Source of the DNA: Myxococcota bacterium
GTDB taxonomy: Bacteria > Myxococcota_A > UBA9160 > UBA6930
NCBI GenBank assembly: GCA_965223415.1
Contig: OZ245002.1
Span: forward strand, 2,240,001 to 2,304,000
Reading direction: 5' to 3'
Length of the DNA stretch: 64,000 bases
A program made the translations under genes and the position numbers. The notes below the pieces were generated by a model. It did not search any database. It worked only from the letters and a program-made list of their open reading frames with translations, and was not told the DNA's origin. The first letter of the stretch is position 1; every line of letters starts with the position of its first letter. This document shows, piece by piece, positions 10,263 through 20,177 of this stretch.

Positions 10263-13200
10263 ATGAACGCCGCCGATTTCGCACTGCGCAACCGGACCGT
10301 CATCCTGGTGCTCACCGCCGTGATGTTCATCGGGGGTTTCCTCGCGTTCCAGAACCTCTCGCGCCTGGAAGACCCGGAGTTCACGATCAAGGACGCCCTG
10401 GTCGTCACGCCCTACCCGGGCGCCTCTGCCTACGAGGTGGAGGAGGAGGTGAGCGACGAGATCGAGCTGGCCGCCCAGCAGCTCGGCCAGCGGAAACGGG
10501 TGAAGTCGAGGAGCGACCGGGGCCTCTCCACGGTCACCGTCACCATCCAGGACAGCTACGCTAAGGACGAGCTGCCCCAGGTGTGGGACGAGCTTCGGCG
10601 CAAGGTCTCCGACGCCCAGTCGAAGCTGCCTCCCGGCACCGGGCCTTCCCTGGTGGTCGACGACTTCGGCGACGTCTACGGGGTCTTCGTCGCGGTCTAC
10701 GGTGCCGAGTACAGCTACGCCGAGCTCAAGAAGTTCGTCGACCTGCTCCGCCGGGAGCTGCTGCTGGTGCCCGAGGTCGCGAAGATCGAGCTGTGGGGCG
10801 AGCGCACCGAGGCGATCTACGTCGAGCCCTCCCGGGAGCGCATGGCCCAGCTCAACGTCTCGATCGAGGCGCTCACGAACGAGCTCCGCACCCGCAACCT
10901 CGTGGTCGACGCGGGGCGGGTGAAGGTCGGGCCCGAGTCCATCGCCATCCACCCGACCGGTCTCTTCGACTCGGTCGAGGATTTCGAGAACCTCCGCCTC
11001 CGCGGCGGCAGCGGCACGCAGATTCGCCTGCGCGATATCGCTTCCGTGCGCCGCGGCTACGTGGAGCCGCAGACCAAGGTGCTGCGCTACGACGGGAGCG
11101 TCGCGATCGGTCTCGGAATCTCCACCGTCTCCGGCGGCAACGTCGTGCGCATGGGCGAGCGGGTCGAGGCCCGCGCCCTCGAGCTGCGGAACCAGTGGCC
11201 CCTCGGCATCGAGGTGGGCCTCGTCTCGCTCCAGTCCGAAGCCGTCGTGAAGGCGATCCGGGGCTTCACGACGAGTCTGGTGCAGGCGGTCGCGATCGTG
11301 GTCGCCGTGCTGCTCGTCTTCATGGGGCTGCGCAGCGGCCTGCTGATCGGCTTCGTCCTCGTGCTCACGATCGCCGGGACGTTCATCTTCCTCGGCCCGA
11401 TGGGGGTGGCCCTCGAGCGCATCTCGCTGGGCGCGCTGATCATCGCCCTCGGCATGCTGGTCGACAACGCGATCGTGGTGGTCGACGGCATGCTCGTGCG
11501 CATGCAGGAGGGCCGGGCGCCCGAGGACGCCGCCCGGGAGGTGGTGGGGCAGACGGCGCTCCCGCTCCTCGGGGCGACGCTGGTGGCGATCCTCGCCTTC
11601 GCCGCGATCGGGACCTCCGACGACAGCACCGGCGAGTACTGCCGTTCCCTCTTCCAGGTCGTGCTGGTCTCGCTCGGGCTGAGCTGGGTCACGGCGGTCA
11701 CGGTCGCCCCCGTGCTCGGCGTGCTCTTCCTCGAGGTGCCGGCGGGCGATGCCGGGGCGCCCCACGGCGGCCGCTTCTACGCGGGCTACCGGGCGTTCCT
11801 CGCGGGGTGCATTCGCCGCCGCTGGGCGACGGTGGTGGCGGTGGCGATCGCCTTCGGCGTCTCGCTCTGGGGCTTCGGCTTCGTGGATCGGAGCTTCTTC
11901 CCGGATTCGACCCGGCCCCAGTTCATGGTGGACGTGCGGCTGCCCCAGCGTACCCACATCGACGACACCGCGCGGACCGCAGAGGAGGTGGAGCGGTACC
12001 TGCTGGGTCTCGACGAGGTCACCCACGTCACGTCGCTCGTGGGCGCGGGCGGCCTGCGCTTCCTCCTCACCTACGCCCCGGAGAAGACGAGCTCCGCCTA
12101 TGCGCAGTTCCTCGTGGACGTCGCCCCCGAGGACTACACCGCCATTCCGGCATTGATCGACCGCGCCGAGAGGGAGCTTGCGGCGGCGCACGCGGACGCC
12201 CTGATCAGCGGCAGGCAGTTCCTGCTCGGCCCGGGCGACGGCGGGAAGATCCAGCTCCGCATCAGCGGCCCGGATGCGAACGCGCTGCGTCGCCTCGAGA
12301 GCGAGGCGGCGGCGATCCTCGCGGCGGACCCGGATGCGAAGGGCATCCGCTCCGATTGGGGAGAGCGCGTCAAGGTGCTCCAGGCGCTGGTGGCCGACGA
12401 GGAGGCTGGGCGGGCCGGCATCACCCGCAGCGACGTCGCCGATGCGGTGCGGGCGGGCTTCGACGGCCTCCAGGTCGGCGTCTACCGCGAGGGCGACGAT
12501 CTCCTGCCGGTCCTGTTCCGCGCGCCGGCCGCCGAGCGCGGAGACGTCGGGAGCATCAACGACCGTCAGATCTGGAGCCCCGCGGCCGGACGATCGATCC
12601 CGCTCCGCCAGGTCGTCTCGGGCTTCGAGACCGTCTTCGAGGACGACGTCGTCCAACGCCGAAACCGCAAGCGCACGCTCACCCTCCACGCGGATCCGGT
12701 CCGAGGGCCCGCCAGCACCCTGCTCTCCCGGGTGCGCCCGAAGATCGAGGCCCTGGCGCTCCCGCCCGGCTACGCGCTCGAGTGGGGCGGCGAGGCCGAG
12801 AACTCCGGCGACGCCCAGGCGGCCCTCGCCGGCTCCATCCCCGCTTTCGTTCTGGTGATGTTCCTCGTCGTCGTCGCGCTCTTCAACGCCCTGCGCCAGC
12901 CGATCGTGATCTTCCTCAGCGTTCCCCTCGCGATCATCGGGGTGTCCGCCGGCCTGCTGGTGACGCGCCAGCCCTTCGGCTTCATGGCCCTGCTCGGCTT
13001 CCTCTCGCTCTCGGGCATGCTGATCAAGAACGCCATCGTGCTGATCGACGAGATCGAGGCGCAGAAGGGAAAGGGTGGGCCCCCGCTCCGGGCGATCCTC
13101 GATTCGGGCGTGAGCCGCCTGCGCCCCGTGGCGATGGCCGCCGTGACGACGGCGCTCGGCATGATCCCGCTCCTGCCGGACGCCTTCTTCGTGGCGATGG

Positions 13201-13298
13201 CCGTGACGATCATCGCCGGCCTGATGGTGGCCACGCTGCTGACGATGATCTTCGTCCCGGTGCTCTACGCGATCTTCTTCGGCGTCGAGGCCGACTGA
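10263..13298 (+). CDS. RND efflux permease (AcrB/VexF-like HAE1 family)
   Basis: 1011 aa with motifs RLEDPEF, GMLVDNAIVV, GMLIKNAIVLID and RLRPV. Confidence 0.95.
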   Translation: MNAADFALRNRTVILVLTAVMFIGGFLAFQNLSRLEDPEFTIKDALVVTPYPGASAYEVEEEVSDEIELAAQQLGQRKRVKSRSDRGLSTVTVTIQDSYAKDELPQVWDELRRKVSDAQSKLPPGTGPSLVVDDFGDVYGVFVAVYGAEYSYAELKKFVDLLRRELLLVPEVAKIELWGERTEAIYVEPSRERMAQLNVSIEALTNELRTRNLVVDAGRVKVGPESIAIHPTGLFDSVEDFENLRLRGGSGTQIRLRDIASVRRGYVEPQTKVLRYDGSVAIGLGISTVSGGNVVRMGERVEARALELRNQWPLGIEVGLVSLQSEAVVKAIRGFTTSLVQAVAIVVAVLLVFMGLRSGLLIGFVLVLTIAGTFIFLGPMGVALERISLGALIIALGMLVDNAIVVVDGMLVRMQEGRAPEDAAREVVGQTALPLLGATLVAILAFAAIGTSDDSTGEYCRSLFQVVLVSLGLSWVTAVTVAPVLGVLFLEVPAGDAGAPHGGRFYAGYRAFLAGCIRRRWATVVAVAIAFGVSLWGFGFVDRSFFPDSTRPQFMVDVRLPQRTHIDDTARTAEEVERYLLGLDEVTHVTSLVGAGGLRFLLTYAPEKTSSAYAQFLVDVAPEDYTAIPALIDRAERELAAAHADALISGRQFLLGPGDGGKIQLRISGPDANALRRLESEAAAILAADPDAKGIRSDWGERVKVLQALVADEEAGRAGITRSDVADAVRAGFDGLQVGVYREGDDLLPVLFRAPAAERGDVGSINDRQIWSPAAGRSIPLRQVVSGFETVFEDDVVQRRNRKRTLTLHADPVRGPASTLLSRVRPKIEALALPPGYALEWGGEAENSGDAQAALAGSIPAFVLVMFLVVVALFNALRQPIVIFLSVPLAIIGVSAGLLVTRQPFGFMALLGFLSLSGMLIKNAIVLIDEIEAQKGKGGPPLRAILDSGVSRLRPVAMAAVTTALGMIPLLPDAFFVAMAVTIIAGLMVATLLTMIFVPVLYAIFFGVEAD

Positions 13299-13301
13299 CG
13301 C

Positions 13302-14636
13302 CTACGCCTCCCGCTCCGCCGCGGCGTAGAGGGAGAGGAGCCGCGCCAGCAGCACCGCCGGGTAGAAGATGCCGATCAGCGCGCCCAGGGAGGCCAGGCT
13401 CTCGGCCGCCGGGATGGCCGGCCGCACGTCGCCGAAGCCCGTGGTCGTGAGCGTCATGAAGGCGAAGTAGACGAAGCGGGTTTCTTCGATCGGCGCGCCG
13501 GCGGGGAACGCGACGGCCCCCGGGCGAAGCGCCTCCATCAAGTGGAACGCGGCGGCCAGGCAGAAGCCCAGGAGGAGGTAGGCGGCCAGGGCCGCGCACA
13601 GCACCTGGCGCGTCACGTTGCGCTCGCGGGCCAGCCAGCGCAGCAGCATCCCGGTGGTGAGCAGGAAGAACCCGGTGCGGGCGACGAGCCCGCCCTGCTC
13701 GACCCAGCCCCCCGGCCCGAGCGCCCCGACCAGCGCCGCACCTCCCAGCCCAAAGGCGAGCCCGGCCGGCCAGCCGCGCACGCCGACGGCGGTGAGCGCG
13801 CCGAGCAGCTGGGCCACGAGCAGCAGCCCGAACCCCAGCCTGCCGAGGGGGCTCGCCAGCACCCACGGCCCGGCCAGGAGCGTGGCCACGAGCAGCCAGG
13901 CGAGCGCCTCGTAGCGTCGGCCGCTCCATCCGCCGCTCCCCGCCGCGCGGGCCGCGGGCCCGCGGGCGCCGCGCGCGGCCAGCCCGATGAGCCACGCCAC
14001 CACCACCGCCGGGTACAGGATGCCGATCACGGATTCGAGCGAGACGAGCGCCCGGGCGCCGGACTGGAGGGGCACGACGTCCCCGAACCCCAGCGTCGTG
14101 AGCGTGACGAGGCTGAAGTAGAGGAGCCTCCCGAAGCTGCGCCCACCGCTCGCCTCTCCGAGGGCGAACGTGCCCGGCTGTGCCGCCTCGAGGCCGGCGT
14201 ACACCGCCGCGAAGACCACCGCCGCCAGCAGGTAGGTGCAGATCGAGCCGACCACGACGTCCTCGTCCACCCGCTCGGCGCGGGCGACGCCACGCGCCAC
14301 TGCCCAGGTGGCGACGCCGAGCAGCGGCAGGTGATACCAGGAGCCCGCCGCCGCAGCCCAGCGCTCGCCCATCCCGAAGAGCCCCACCAGGACCGGCGCC
14401 ACCAGCAGCGCCGCCAGCGGCCAGCGCAGGCGCCACGGATCGATCGCCCACACCAGCGCCGCCACGAAGCCCATACCCAGGGGCCCCATCACGGCATCCT
14501 CGAAGGCCGTGCCGCCCACCGCCGCGTGCCCCACCAGCAGGGCCACCAGCGAGAGGCCGAGCAGCCGGAACCGCCACGCCGCCAGGCGGGAAGGCGCGGA
14601 GTGGCCCTGAGGCGCCGCTAGTCGTCCAGCTTCCAC
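13302..14636 (-). CDS. Potassium-channel-family protein with two tandem pore domains (start uncertain)
   Basis: Two pore modules: YFSLVTLTTLGFGDVVP and YFAFMTLTTTGFGDVRP, each followed by GI(L/F)YPAV. In-frame GTG at 14636 or 14546. Confidence 0.8.
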   Translation of the reverse strand: MEAGRLAAPQGHSAPSRLAAWRFRLLGLSLVALLVGHAAVGGTAFEDAVMGPLGMGFVAALVWAIDPWRLRWPLAALLVAPVLVGLFGMGERWAAAAGSWYHLPLLGVATWAVARGVARAERVDEDVVVGSICTYLLAAVVFAAVYAGLEAAQPGTFALGEASGGRSFGRLLYFSLVTLTTLGFGDVVPLQSGARALVSLESVIGILYPAVVVAWLIGLAARGARGPAARAAGSGGWSGRRYEALAWLLVATLLAGPWVLASPLGRLGFGLLLVAQLLGALTAVGVRGWPAGLAFGLGGAALVGALGPGGWVEQGGLVARTGFFLLTTGMLLRWLARERNVTRQVLCAALAAYLLLGFCLAAAFHLMEALRPGAVAFPAGAPIEETRFVYFAFMTLTTTGFGDVRPAIPAAESLASLGALIGIFYPAVLLARLLSLYAAAEREA

Positions 14637-14854
14637 TTCAGCTGGAACTCGATCTCTTCCTCGCCCGCGCCGCGCTCGTGCTCGATGTTGATGGTGGCGT
14701 CGGACGGCACCGAGACGCGCACCCCCGCCACCTGGATGCGGAAGCGCGAGCCGTTCTCGATGCAATCCGCGAGCCTCCGCAGCTTGGCCACGAGTTGTTT
14801 CGGGGGGTAGTCCTTCTCGACGTCGCGGCGGGCTCGCCGGCGGCGCTGGGCCAT
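14618..14854 (-). CDS. Amphi-Trp domain protein
   Basis: RDVEK.YP..QLVAKLRRLADCIENG..FRIQVAG.RVSVP....NIEHER....EEIEFQLKW, with a GAGGAG RBS. Confidence 0.85.
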   Translation of the reverse strand: MAQRRRRARRDVEKDYPPKQLVAKLRRLADCIENGSRFRIQVAGVRVSVPSDATINIEHERGAGEEEIEFQLKWKLDD

Positions 14855-14888
14855 GGTCGGTCTCCTCCTCTCGCGGGTTGCCCCGGGT

Positions 14889-15239
14889 TTATCGCCTCTC
14901 CAGCCACGCCGCCGCCCCGCCCGCCAGGGCCACGCCCAAGGCATCGGCCACGAAATCCGCCAGGGAGGGGTAGCGGTTCGGCACGAAGGCCTGGAGCACC
15001 TCGATCGCGCCGCCGTAGAGCACCAGCCCCGCCAGCGCCCAGAAGAAGGCGCGCCGATAGCCGAAGGCCAGGTAGGCGAGGGCGCCGAGCAGGAAGCAGG
15101 CGACGGCGTGCGCCACCAGGTCGTTCACCTGCACGCCATCCGGCATCGTGTGCGCGGGCAGCAGGCCCGCGGCCAGGCCCAGGGCCAGGGCCGCGAGCCA
15201 AAGCACCTGCCAGAGGATGGAGGCCCGCCGGGCGCTCAC
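14889..15239 (-). CDS. VanZ family membrane protein
   Basis: DLVAH, GGAIEVLQAFVPNR.PS.ADFVAD.LG. The GTG start overlaps the TGA of the upstream gene. Confidence 0.85.
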   Translation of the reverse strand: MSARRASILWQVLWLAALALGLAAGLLPAHTMPDGVQVNDLVAHAVACFLLGALAYLAFGYRRAFFWALAGLVLYGGAIEVLQAFVPNRYPSLADFVADALGVALAGGAAAWLERR

Positions 15240-15607
15240 TTCTTCTTCGGCCCCTTCTTCTTCCTGGCCTTCGCGCCCTTCTTCGGCTTCGCCCGCTCGG
15301 CCGCGGCGCGCGCCTCGACCACCCAGCCCGCCAGCTCCTCCGCGTCTTCCAGCACCTCCGCCGGCACCTGGAAGTAGGGCATCATCGCCTTGCCCCGGCC
15401 CTTCATCTGCTGCATGCCGCGCTCTTCGAAGGCGCCGCGGTTGCCGTCGTCCACCCGCAGGTAGAAGAGGCCGGCGCCGGTGAGGATCGCGCAGAACACC
15501 TCGTCCACGTAGACGCCCAGCCCGCCGAACATGCGCTTGGCGTGGACGTCGCCGGCCTCTTCGAGCTGGGAGAGGACGTAGGTCTGGAACTCGCTGGGTT
15601 CGGGCAT
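15236..15607 (-). CDS. TfoX/Sxy N-terminal domain protein
   Basis: KRMFGGLGVY, FYLRVD, MPYFQVPAEVLED and a Lys-rich tail. Confidence 0.88.
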   Translation of the reverse strand: MPEPSEFQTYVLSQLEEAGDVHAKRMFGGLGVYVDEVFCAILTGAGLFYLRVDDGNRGAFEERGMQQMKGRGKAMMPYFQVPAEVLEDAEELAGWVVEARAAAERAKPKKGAKARKKKGPKKK

Positions 15608-15707
15608 GTGGGGACCCTATCAAGACCGGCCTGTTCCCCGAGGGGGGATGGCTGCGGCCCGTTTCTTGATGAGGATTTGACGTTTTCCGACGCCCCCCCT
15701 CCATAGA

Positions 15708-16592
15708 ATGATCGGGCTTCCAGCGGCCCGGCCCGCCGCCACACCATTCTGGAGGTTCGCCGTGGCCACCCGCTCCCTTTGCGCCCGAGTCGCCGTTCTC
15801 ACTGCGCTCGCGGCTTCCAGCGTGCCCGCCGCCGGCTCCGCTGCGGACGCCACCGCCCCGGCCCCGGGCGTCCTGCTCCAGGGGGCCTTCTCGGCCCGCT
15901 ACGACTGCACCCTCTCCGGCGTCGTCCGCATCGCCGCGCGCAAGGGCGATGCTCGCGCCCTCGAGCGCCGGGTGCACGTCGCCACCAAGCTGATCGACGA
16001 CCGCCTCCACACCTACGCCCAGTTCCGCGCCCCGGAGTACATCCGCGGCATGGCCTTCCTGGGCATCGAGCCGGAAGTGGTGGGCCGCAACGAGCAGCGC
16101 TTCGTCTACCTGCCGAGCATGCGTCGCATCCGCCGGGTGAGCGGCAGCCACTCGAGCGATTCGTTCCTCGGCACCGATCTCAGCTACCACGACTTCGAGC
16201 GGCAGCACGCTCGCAACTACGAGGTGGCACCTCCTGTCGCGGCCAACGCGGACGGCAGCGTCGTCCGCCTGCGCGCCAAGCCGCGCTTCCACACCGAGTA
16301 CGCCGCCGTCGAGTACGACGTGGACCGGCGCGACCACGCCATCCTCGGCACCCGCTACTACAAGCGGGACGGGGACGAGGCGTTCAAGGTGATGGAGATG
16401 CCCCGCGAGACGATCGTGGAGAGGGGCCACTGCCGCATCCCCAGCGTGGTGCGCGTGAGCGATCGCCAGCGGCGCACGACGACCGACCTTCGGATCGAAC
16501 CGCTCTCGATCGACGCGGAGTTCGACGACTCGCTGTTCTCGATGGTGTCACTGGAGAAGTCGAAGGACGTGCCGCTGCCGAGCACGCGTTGA
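15708..16592 (+). CDS. LolA-like 'outer membrane lipoprotein-sorting' / DUF1329-related periplasmic protein (start may be about 15762)
   Basis: F.APEYIRGMAFL, QRFVYLPSMRRIRRVSG..SSDSFLGTDLSYHDFE. Confidence 0.85.
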   Translation: MIGLPAARPAATPFWRFAVATRSLCARVAVLTALAASSVPAAGSAADATAPAPGVLLQGAFSARYDCTLSGVVRIAARKGDARALERRVHVATKLIDDRLHTYAQFRAPEYIRGMAFLGIEPEVVGRNEQRFVYLPSMRRIRRVSGSHSSDSFLGTDLSYHDFERQHARNYEVAPPVAANADGSVVRLRAKPRFHTEYAAVEYDVDRRDHAILGTRYYKRDGDEAFKVMEMPRETIVERGHCRIPSVVRVSDRQRRTTTDLRIEPLSIDAEFDDSLFSMVSLEKSKDVPLPSTR

Positions 16593-16602
16593 CGCCGGCC
16601 CG

Positions 16603-18981
16603 ATGGAAGGACGTTCCACCTACATCCGACCCGACCGCCCGTCCCCGAGGAGAGCGTTCCTCCTCGGCGCGATCGCCATTGCGCCGCCGGTCGCGATTCT
16701 CCTCCTGGCCTTCCCATCCCTGCTCGATCCGGCGCAGCCGCGCTTCCCCTGCCCCCTCTATCCCAATGCGGTCACCTCGATGACCTCGGGGTTCCACGAG
16801 GGTTGTGAGCTTCCCTACGGGACGCGGATTCGCTCCGTCCGGGACGAGAAAGGCGTGGTCTTCGTCGACGACACCAACGGCCTCGGCGAAGTGCTCGAGA
16901 GGTTGAAGATCGGTCCCGTTTCGATCGACCTCGATCCTCGCGGCTCCGCCGAGGTCAGGACCCTCCCGCACGATTCGGCTCAGTCCATCGCCCGCGTCAC
17001 GGCTTCCGTCGTCCTCTGCGGGATCCTGATCGCCATCGTCCTGCTGACGGCCGTCCGCGCGAAGGTGGATGCGGCGTTGCCCTTCGCGCTCATCTACGGA
17101 AGCGTCGGAGCCCTGATCGCCGGGGCGATCGCGGGGTGGTCGGCTCCTGCGGTCTATCCCGTCACGGCGGCGGCGCGAATGCTCCTGGCGGCGGCGATCC
17201 TCGATCTGGCGATGGTCTTCCCTCGGCCCCGGGACATCCTCGACATCGCGCCTTCCGTGAGGAGCGTTCCGTACGCGTTCTTCGGCGTCATCCTCCTCGC
17301 CGAGCTCGACGCAACCTACCGCGCCGCCCACACCTCCATGGTGCTCGTGCAGAAGGTGTCCTTCGTCCTCCTCGCGGGGTCGATGCTCCTTCTGTGCGTC
17401 GCCTGCTACCTGGCCATGCGCGAGTCGCCCTCGCTGCTGGAGCGGCGACAGGCGACCGCATTCCTGAAGGGGCTCGTGGGTCTGTGCGCCGCCACGCAGC
17501 TGCTCTCGATCGCCGATCCCTCGAGCAGCGCCTTCTCCGCCACCGTCATCGGTGCGGCCCTCTCGCCCCTGCCCCTGGGCTATGCCATCGCCCGCTATCA
17601 TCTGTTCGATCTGGACCTGGCCGTGCGCCGGGCTGCGGCACATCTGGTCTACCTGCTCGCGATCAGCACCATCGTCTTCCTCGCCGTGGTGATCTTCCGC
17701 GAGGCGCTGACACTCCCCGACCTGGTCAGCTCGCGTCCGGTCCTCTTTGCCCTCGTCTTCGGCTGCATCGCCCCCTTGGATCTGCTTCGCTCATGGGTTG
17801 CCAGCTCGATCCAGACCGTGTTCCGCCCGAACTCGCTCGCCTGGGACCAGCTCCTCGACGATCCGTCCTCGACGCGCATTGCCGGGCTCTCGAGCGTGCA
17901 GGAGATTGCGTCCAGGGCGAGTCGGATCCTCGCGGCTGGTCTGCCGAAGACCCACAACGCGGTCTTCACCCTCGCAGAGCGCCGCATGGTTCTGGCTCAT
18001 GCGACGGGCCCCCCCGCGTGCACGGACTCGGGCATCGCCGAGCTCGCCGCCACGTCGTTTCCGGGTCGGCTCGTGGACCTGAACCGCGTCGAGCTGGACG
18101 AGGCCGGCGAGACCATCTACGAGGCCGGCGTCGAGCTGAGCTGCCCGATCGGCACGGGTGACGAGATCCTCGGATGGCTGATCGTCAGCCCCGCCCGACG
18201 AGGCATGTTCTTCTCCGCGGGCCACCTGAGCTTCGTGGAGTCGATCGCCGCCCAGGCTGCGTCGGCGCTGCACTCGATCGAGCTGAAGGAGGCGCTGGTC
18301 ATCTCCGAGCGGTTCGCGGCGAAGGGCCGCGTTCACGCCGAGCTTGCCCACGAGATCGGCAAACCCCTGGGCACGCTCGAGATCCTCGCCAAAAAGCTCG
18401 AGGCCGGCGCGGTCGACGCCGCGGCCCGTCCGCGAGTCGTCGAATCCATCGCGCGTCTCGCAGGTCAGCTGCGAAGCATCGTTCGCGGCGTTCTCGAGGC
18501 CGGCTCCATGCCCACGGAAGCTGCGCCCGTGCTCGTGCCGGACCTCATCGAGCAGGCGCTGCGCGAAGTTGCCGAGGTGCGCGGCGAGGGGCGAGTCGTG
18601 GTCCATGCCATTCCCCAGGTTCCGACGCTGCCTCTTCCCTTCCAGCGGCTCGGTCGGCTGATCGTCAACCTCCTGCACAACGCGATCGAGGCAAGCGATC
18701 CCGACGACACCGTCGAGCTGTCGGTCGACCACTTGGCCGGGACGCTCTCGATCGAGGTGAGTGACGATGGCCGCGGCATGTCCCCCGACCAGCTCGCGTG
18801 TGCGACGGAGCCCTTCGTGAGCTTTCGTCCGGAGGGCAACGGCCTCGGGCTCGCAATCGCCGCGGAGACCGTCCGCCAGCTCGGAGGCCGATTCGAGCTG
18901 TCGTCCGAGCTGGGAACGGGAACTCGAGCTCGGATCTCCATCTCCGCCGAAGCGATCCAGGGACAGGAGACGTCGCAATGA
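16603..18981 (+). CDS. Multi-pass membrane sensor histidine kinase with GAF-like domain
   Basis: About 9 TM segments, a YAIARYHLFD motif, H-box LAHEIGKPL, N-box NLLHNA, G1 DDGRG and G2 GNGLGL. Confidence 0.88.
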   Translation: MEGRSTYIRPDRPSPRRAFLLGAIAIAPPVAILLLAFPSLLDPAQPRFPCPLYPNAVTSMTSGFHEGCELPYGTRIRSVRDEKGVVFVDDTNGLGEVLERLKIGPVSIDLDPRGSAEVRTLPHDSAQSIARVTASVVLCGILIAIVLLTAVRAKVDAALPFALIYGSVGALIAGAIAGWSAPAVYPVTAAARMLLAAAILDLAMVFPRPRDILDIAPSVRSVPYAFFGVILLAELDATYRAAHTSMVLVQKVSFVLLAGSMLLLCVACYLAMRESPSLLERRQATAFLKGLVGLCAATQLLSIADPSSSAFSATVIGAALSPLPLGYAIARYHLFDLDLAVRRAAAHLVYLLAISTIVFLAVVIFREALTLPDLVSSRPVLFALVFGCIAPLDLLRSWVASSIQTVFRPNSLAWDQLLDDPSSTRIAGLSSVQEIASRASRILAAGLPKTHNAVFTLAERRMVLAHATGPPACTDSGIAELAATSFPGRLVDLNRVELDEAGETIYEAGVELSCPIGTGDEILGWLIVSPARRGMFFSAGHLSFVESIAAQAASALHSIELKEALVISERFAAKGRVHAELAHEIGKPLGTLEILAKKLEAGAVDAAARPRVVESIARLAGQLRSIVRGVLEAGSMPTEAAPVLVPDLIEQALREVAEVRGEGRVVVHAIPQVPTLPLPFQRLGRLIVNLLHNAIEASDPDDTVELSVDHLAGTLSIEVSDDGRGMSPDQLACATEPFVSFRPEGNGLGLAIAAETVRQLGGRFELSSELGTGTRARISISAEAIQGQETSQ

Positions 18982-20177
18982 TCACCGTCCTGGTGGTCGA
19001 CGATTGCCCCGACGCGCTCGAGCTGATCTCGAGCGAACTCTGTTCAGAAGAGGTCGCGGTCCTCCGGGCCACGGACGGCCGAGAAGCCTGGCTCCTCTTC
19101 GAGGACGAGTCCCCGGACGTCGTCGTCAGCGACGTCCGCATGCCGCATTCCGACGGCTTCGATCTGCTGAAGCGGGTTCGGGAGGTCTCGGACGTGCCTC
19201 TCATCCTGCTGACGGCGCACGCCGAGGTGCCGGCCGCCGTCACTGCGATGCGCGCCGGCGCGGACGACTACCTCCGCTACCCGGACGACCTGGATCAGAT
19301 CCGGAGCGCGGTTCGCGAGCTGGCGAAACGCAAGGGGCCCACGCCGGGAGACGCGGTCGATCGGTTGCTCGTCGGAGACTCCGAGGTGATAGAAGTCGTG
19401 CGGAATCGCATCCGCTCGCTGGCCTCCCTGCGTTCCCCCGTTCTGATCACCGGCGAGTCCGGAAGCGGAAGGGCTCGCGTGGCGAAGGCGTTGCACGAGC
19501 TTTCGTCCCCCGAGAAGCCCCTGTGGGCCGTTGCCCCGAGCGAGCCCGCTCCGCCCGACGCCTTGGGGACCGTCCTCCTGAGGGAGATCGCCGATTTCGA
19601 GATGTCCGAGCAGAGGCGGTGGTGCACCGAGCTGCACCGGATCAAGGGCCGCAACTCTCCCTTCGATCGCCTGATCATCACGACCGAGGCGGAAAAGGGC
19701 GATCCTGCGGTCCATCCGCAGCTTTGGAAGGAGGCAGGTCGCTTCGAGATCGAAGTGCCCCCTCTTCGGAAGCGCGTCGAGGACATCGAGAAGCTCTCCT
19801 GGGACCTGGCCTGCGAGGTGAGCCGCGATCTCGGGTGCGACTCCCCACGCATCTCCCGCGACGCCGTCGCGACCCTGCAGAGACACAAGTGGCCCGGCAA
19901 CGTGTCCGAGCTGCGAGAGATCCTGGAGAAGGCCGTGGCCTACTCGCGTGGCAGCTTCGTCTCCGCTCACGCGATCGATGAAGCGCGAAGGCTGGTGATC
20001 ACGCAGAAGCAGGAGGGTCTCGCAAAGCGCCGCTCCGCCCGGCATCTCGCGGAACGCCAGGAGCTGGTCGTGATGCTCGAGGAGTGCGGTGGCAACGTGG
20101 CCGAGATGAGTCGCCGGATGGGCATGACGCGTGGTGCCATTGCCTACCGACTGAAGAAGCACGGGCTGGCGGTCTGA
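18978..20177 (+). CDS. NtrC-like response regulator with degenerate AAA+ domain and Fis HTH
   Basis: ATGA overlap. Receiver VLVVDD...SDVRMP..DG, Walker A GESGSGR, WPGNVSEL and an HTH GNVAEMSRRMGMTR. No GAFTGA. Confidence 0.88.
   Translation: MITVLVVDDCPDALELISSELCSEEVAVLRATDGREAWLLFEDESPDVVVSDVRMPHSDGFDLLKRVREVSDVPLILLTAHAEVPAAVTAMRAGADDYLRYPDDLDQIRSAVRELAKRKGPTPGDAVDRLLVGDSEVIEVVRNRIRSLASLRSPVLITGESGSGRARVAKALHELSSPEKPLWAVAPSEPAPPDALGTVLLREIADFEMSEQRRWCTELHRIKGRNSPFDRLIITTEAEKGDPAVHPQLWKEAGRFEIEVPPLRKRVEDIEKLSWDLACEVSRDLGCDSPRISRDAVATLQRHKWPGNVSELREILEKAVAYSRGSFVSAHAIDEARRLVITQKQEGLAKRRSARHLAERQELVVMLEECGGNVAEMSRRMGMTRGAIAYRLKKHGLAV

Noticed and set aside
9182..13298. RND pump lacking an outer-membrane factor gene
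   Set aside because: This is common, because such pumps usually borrow a TolC-like protein encoded elsewhere.
15677..15709. TTGACG...TAGAAT promoter-like pair
   Set aside because: The spacer is 21 bp, too long for a canonical sigma70 promoter.
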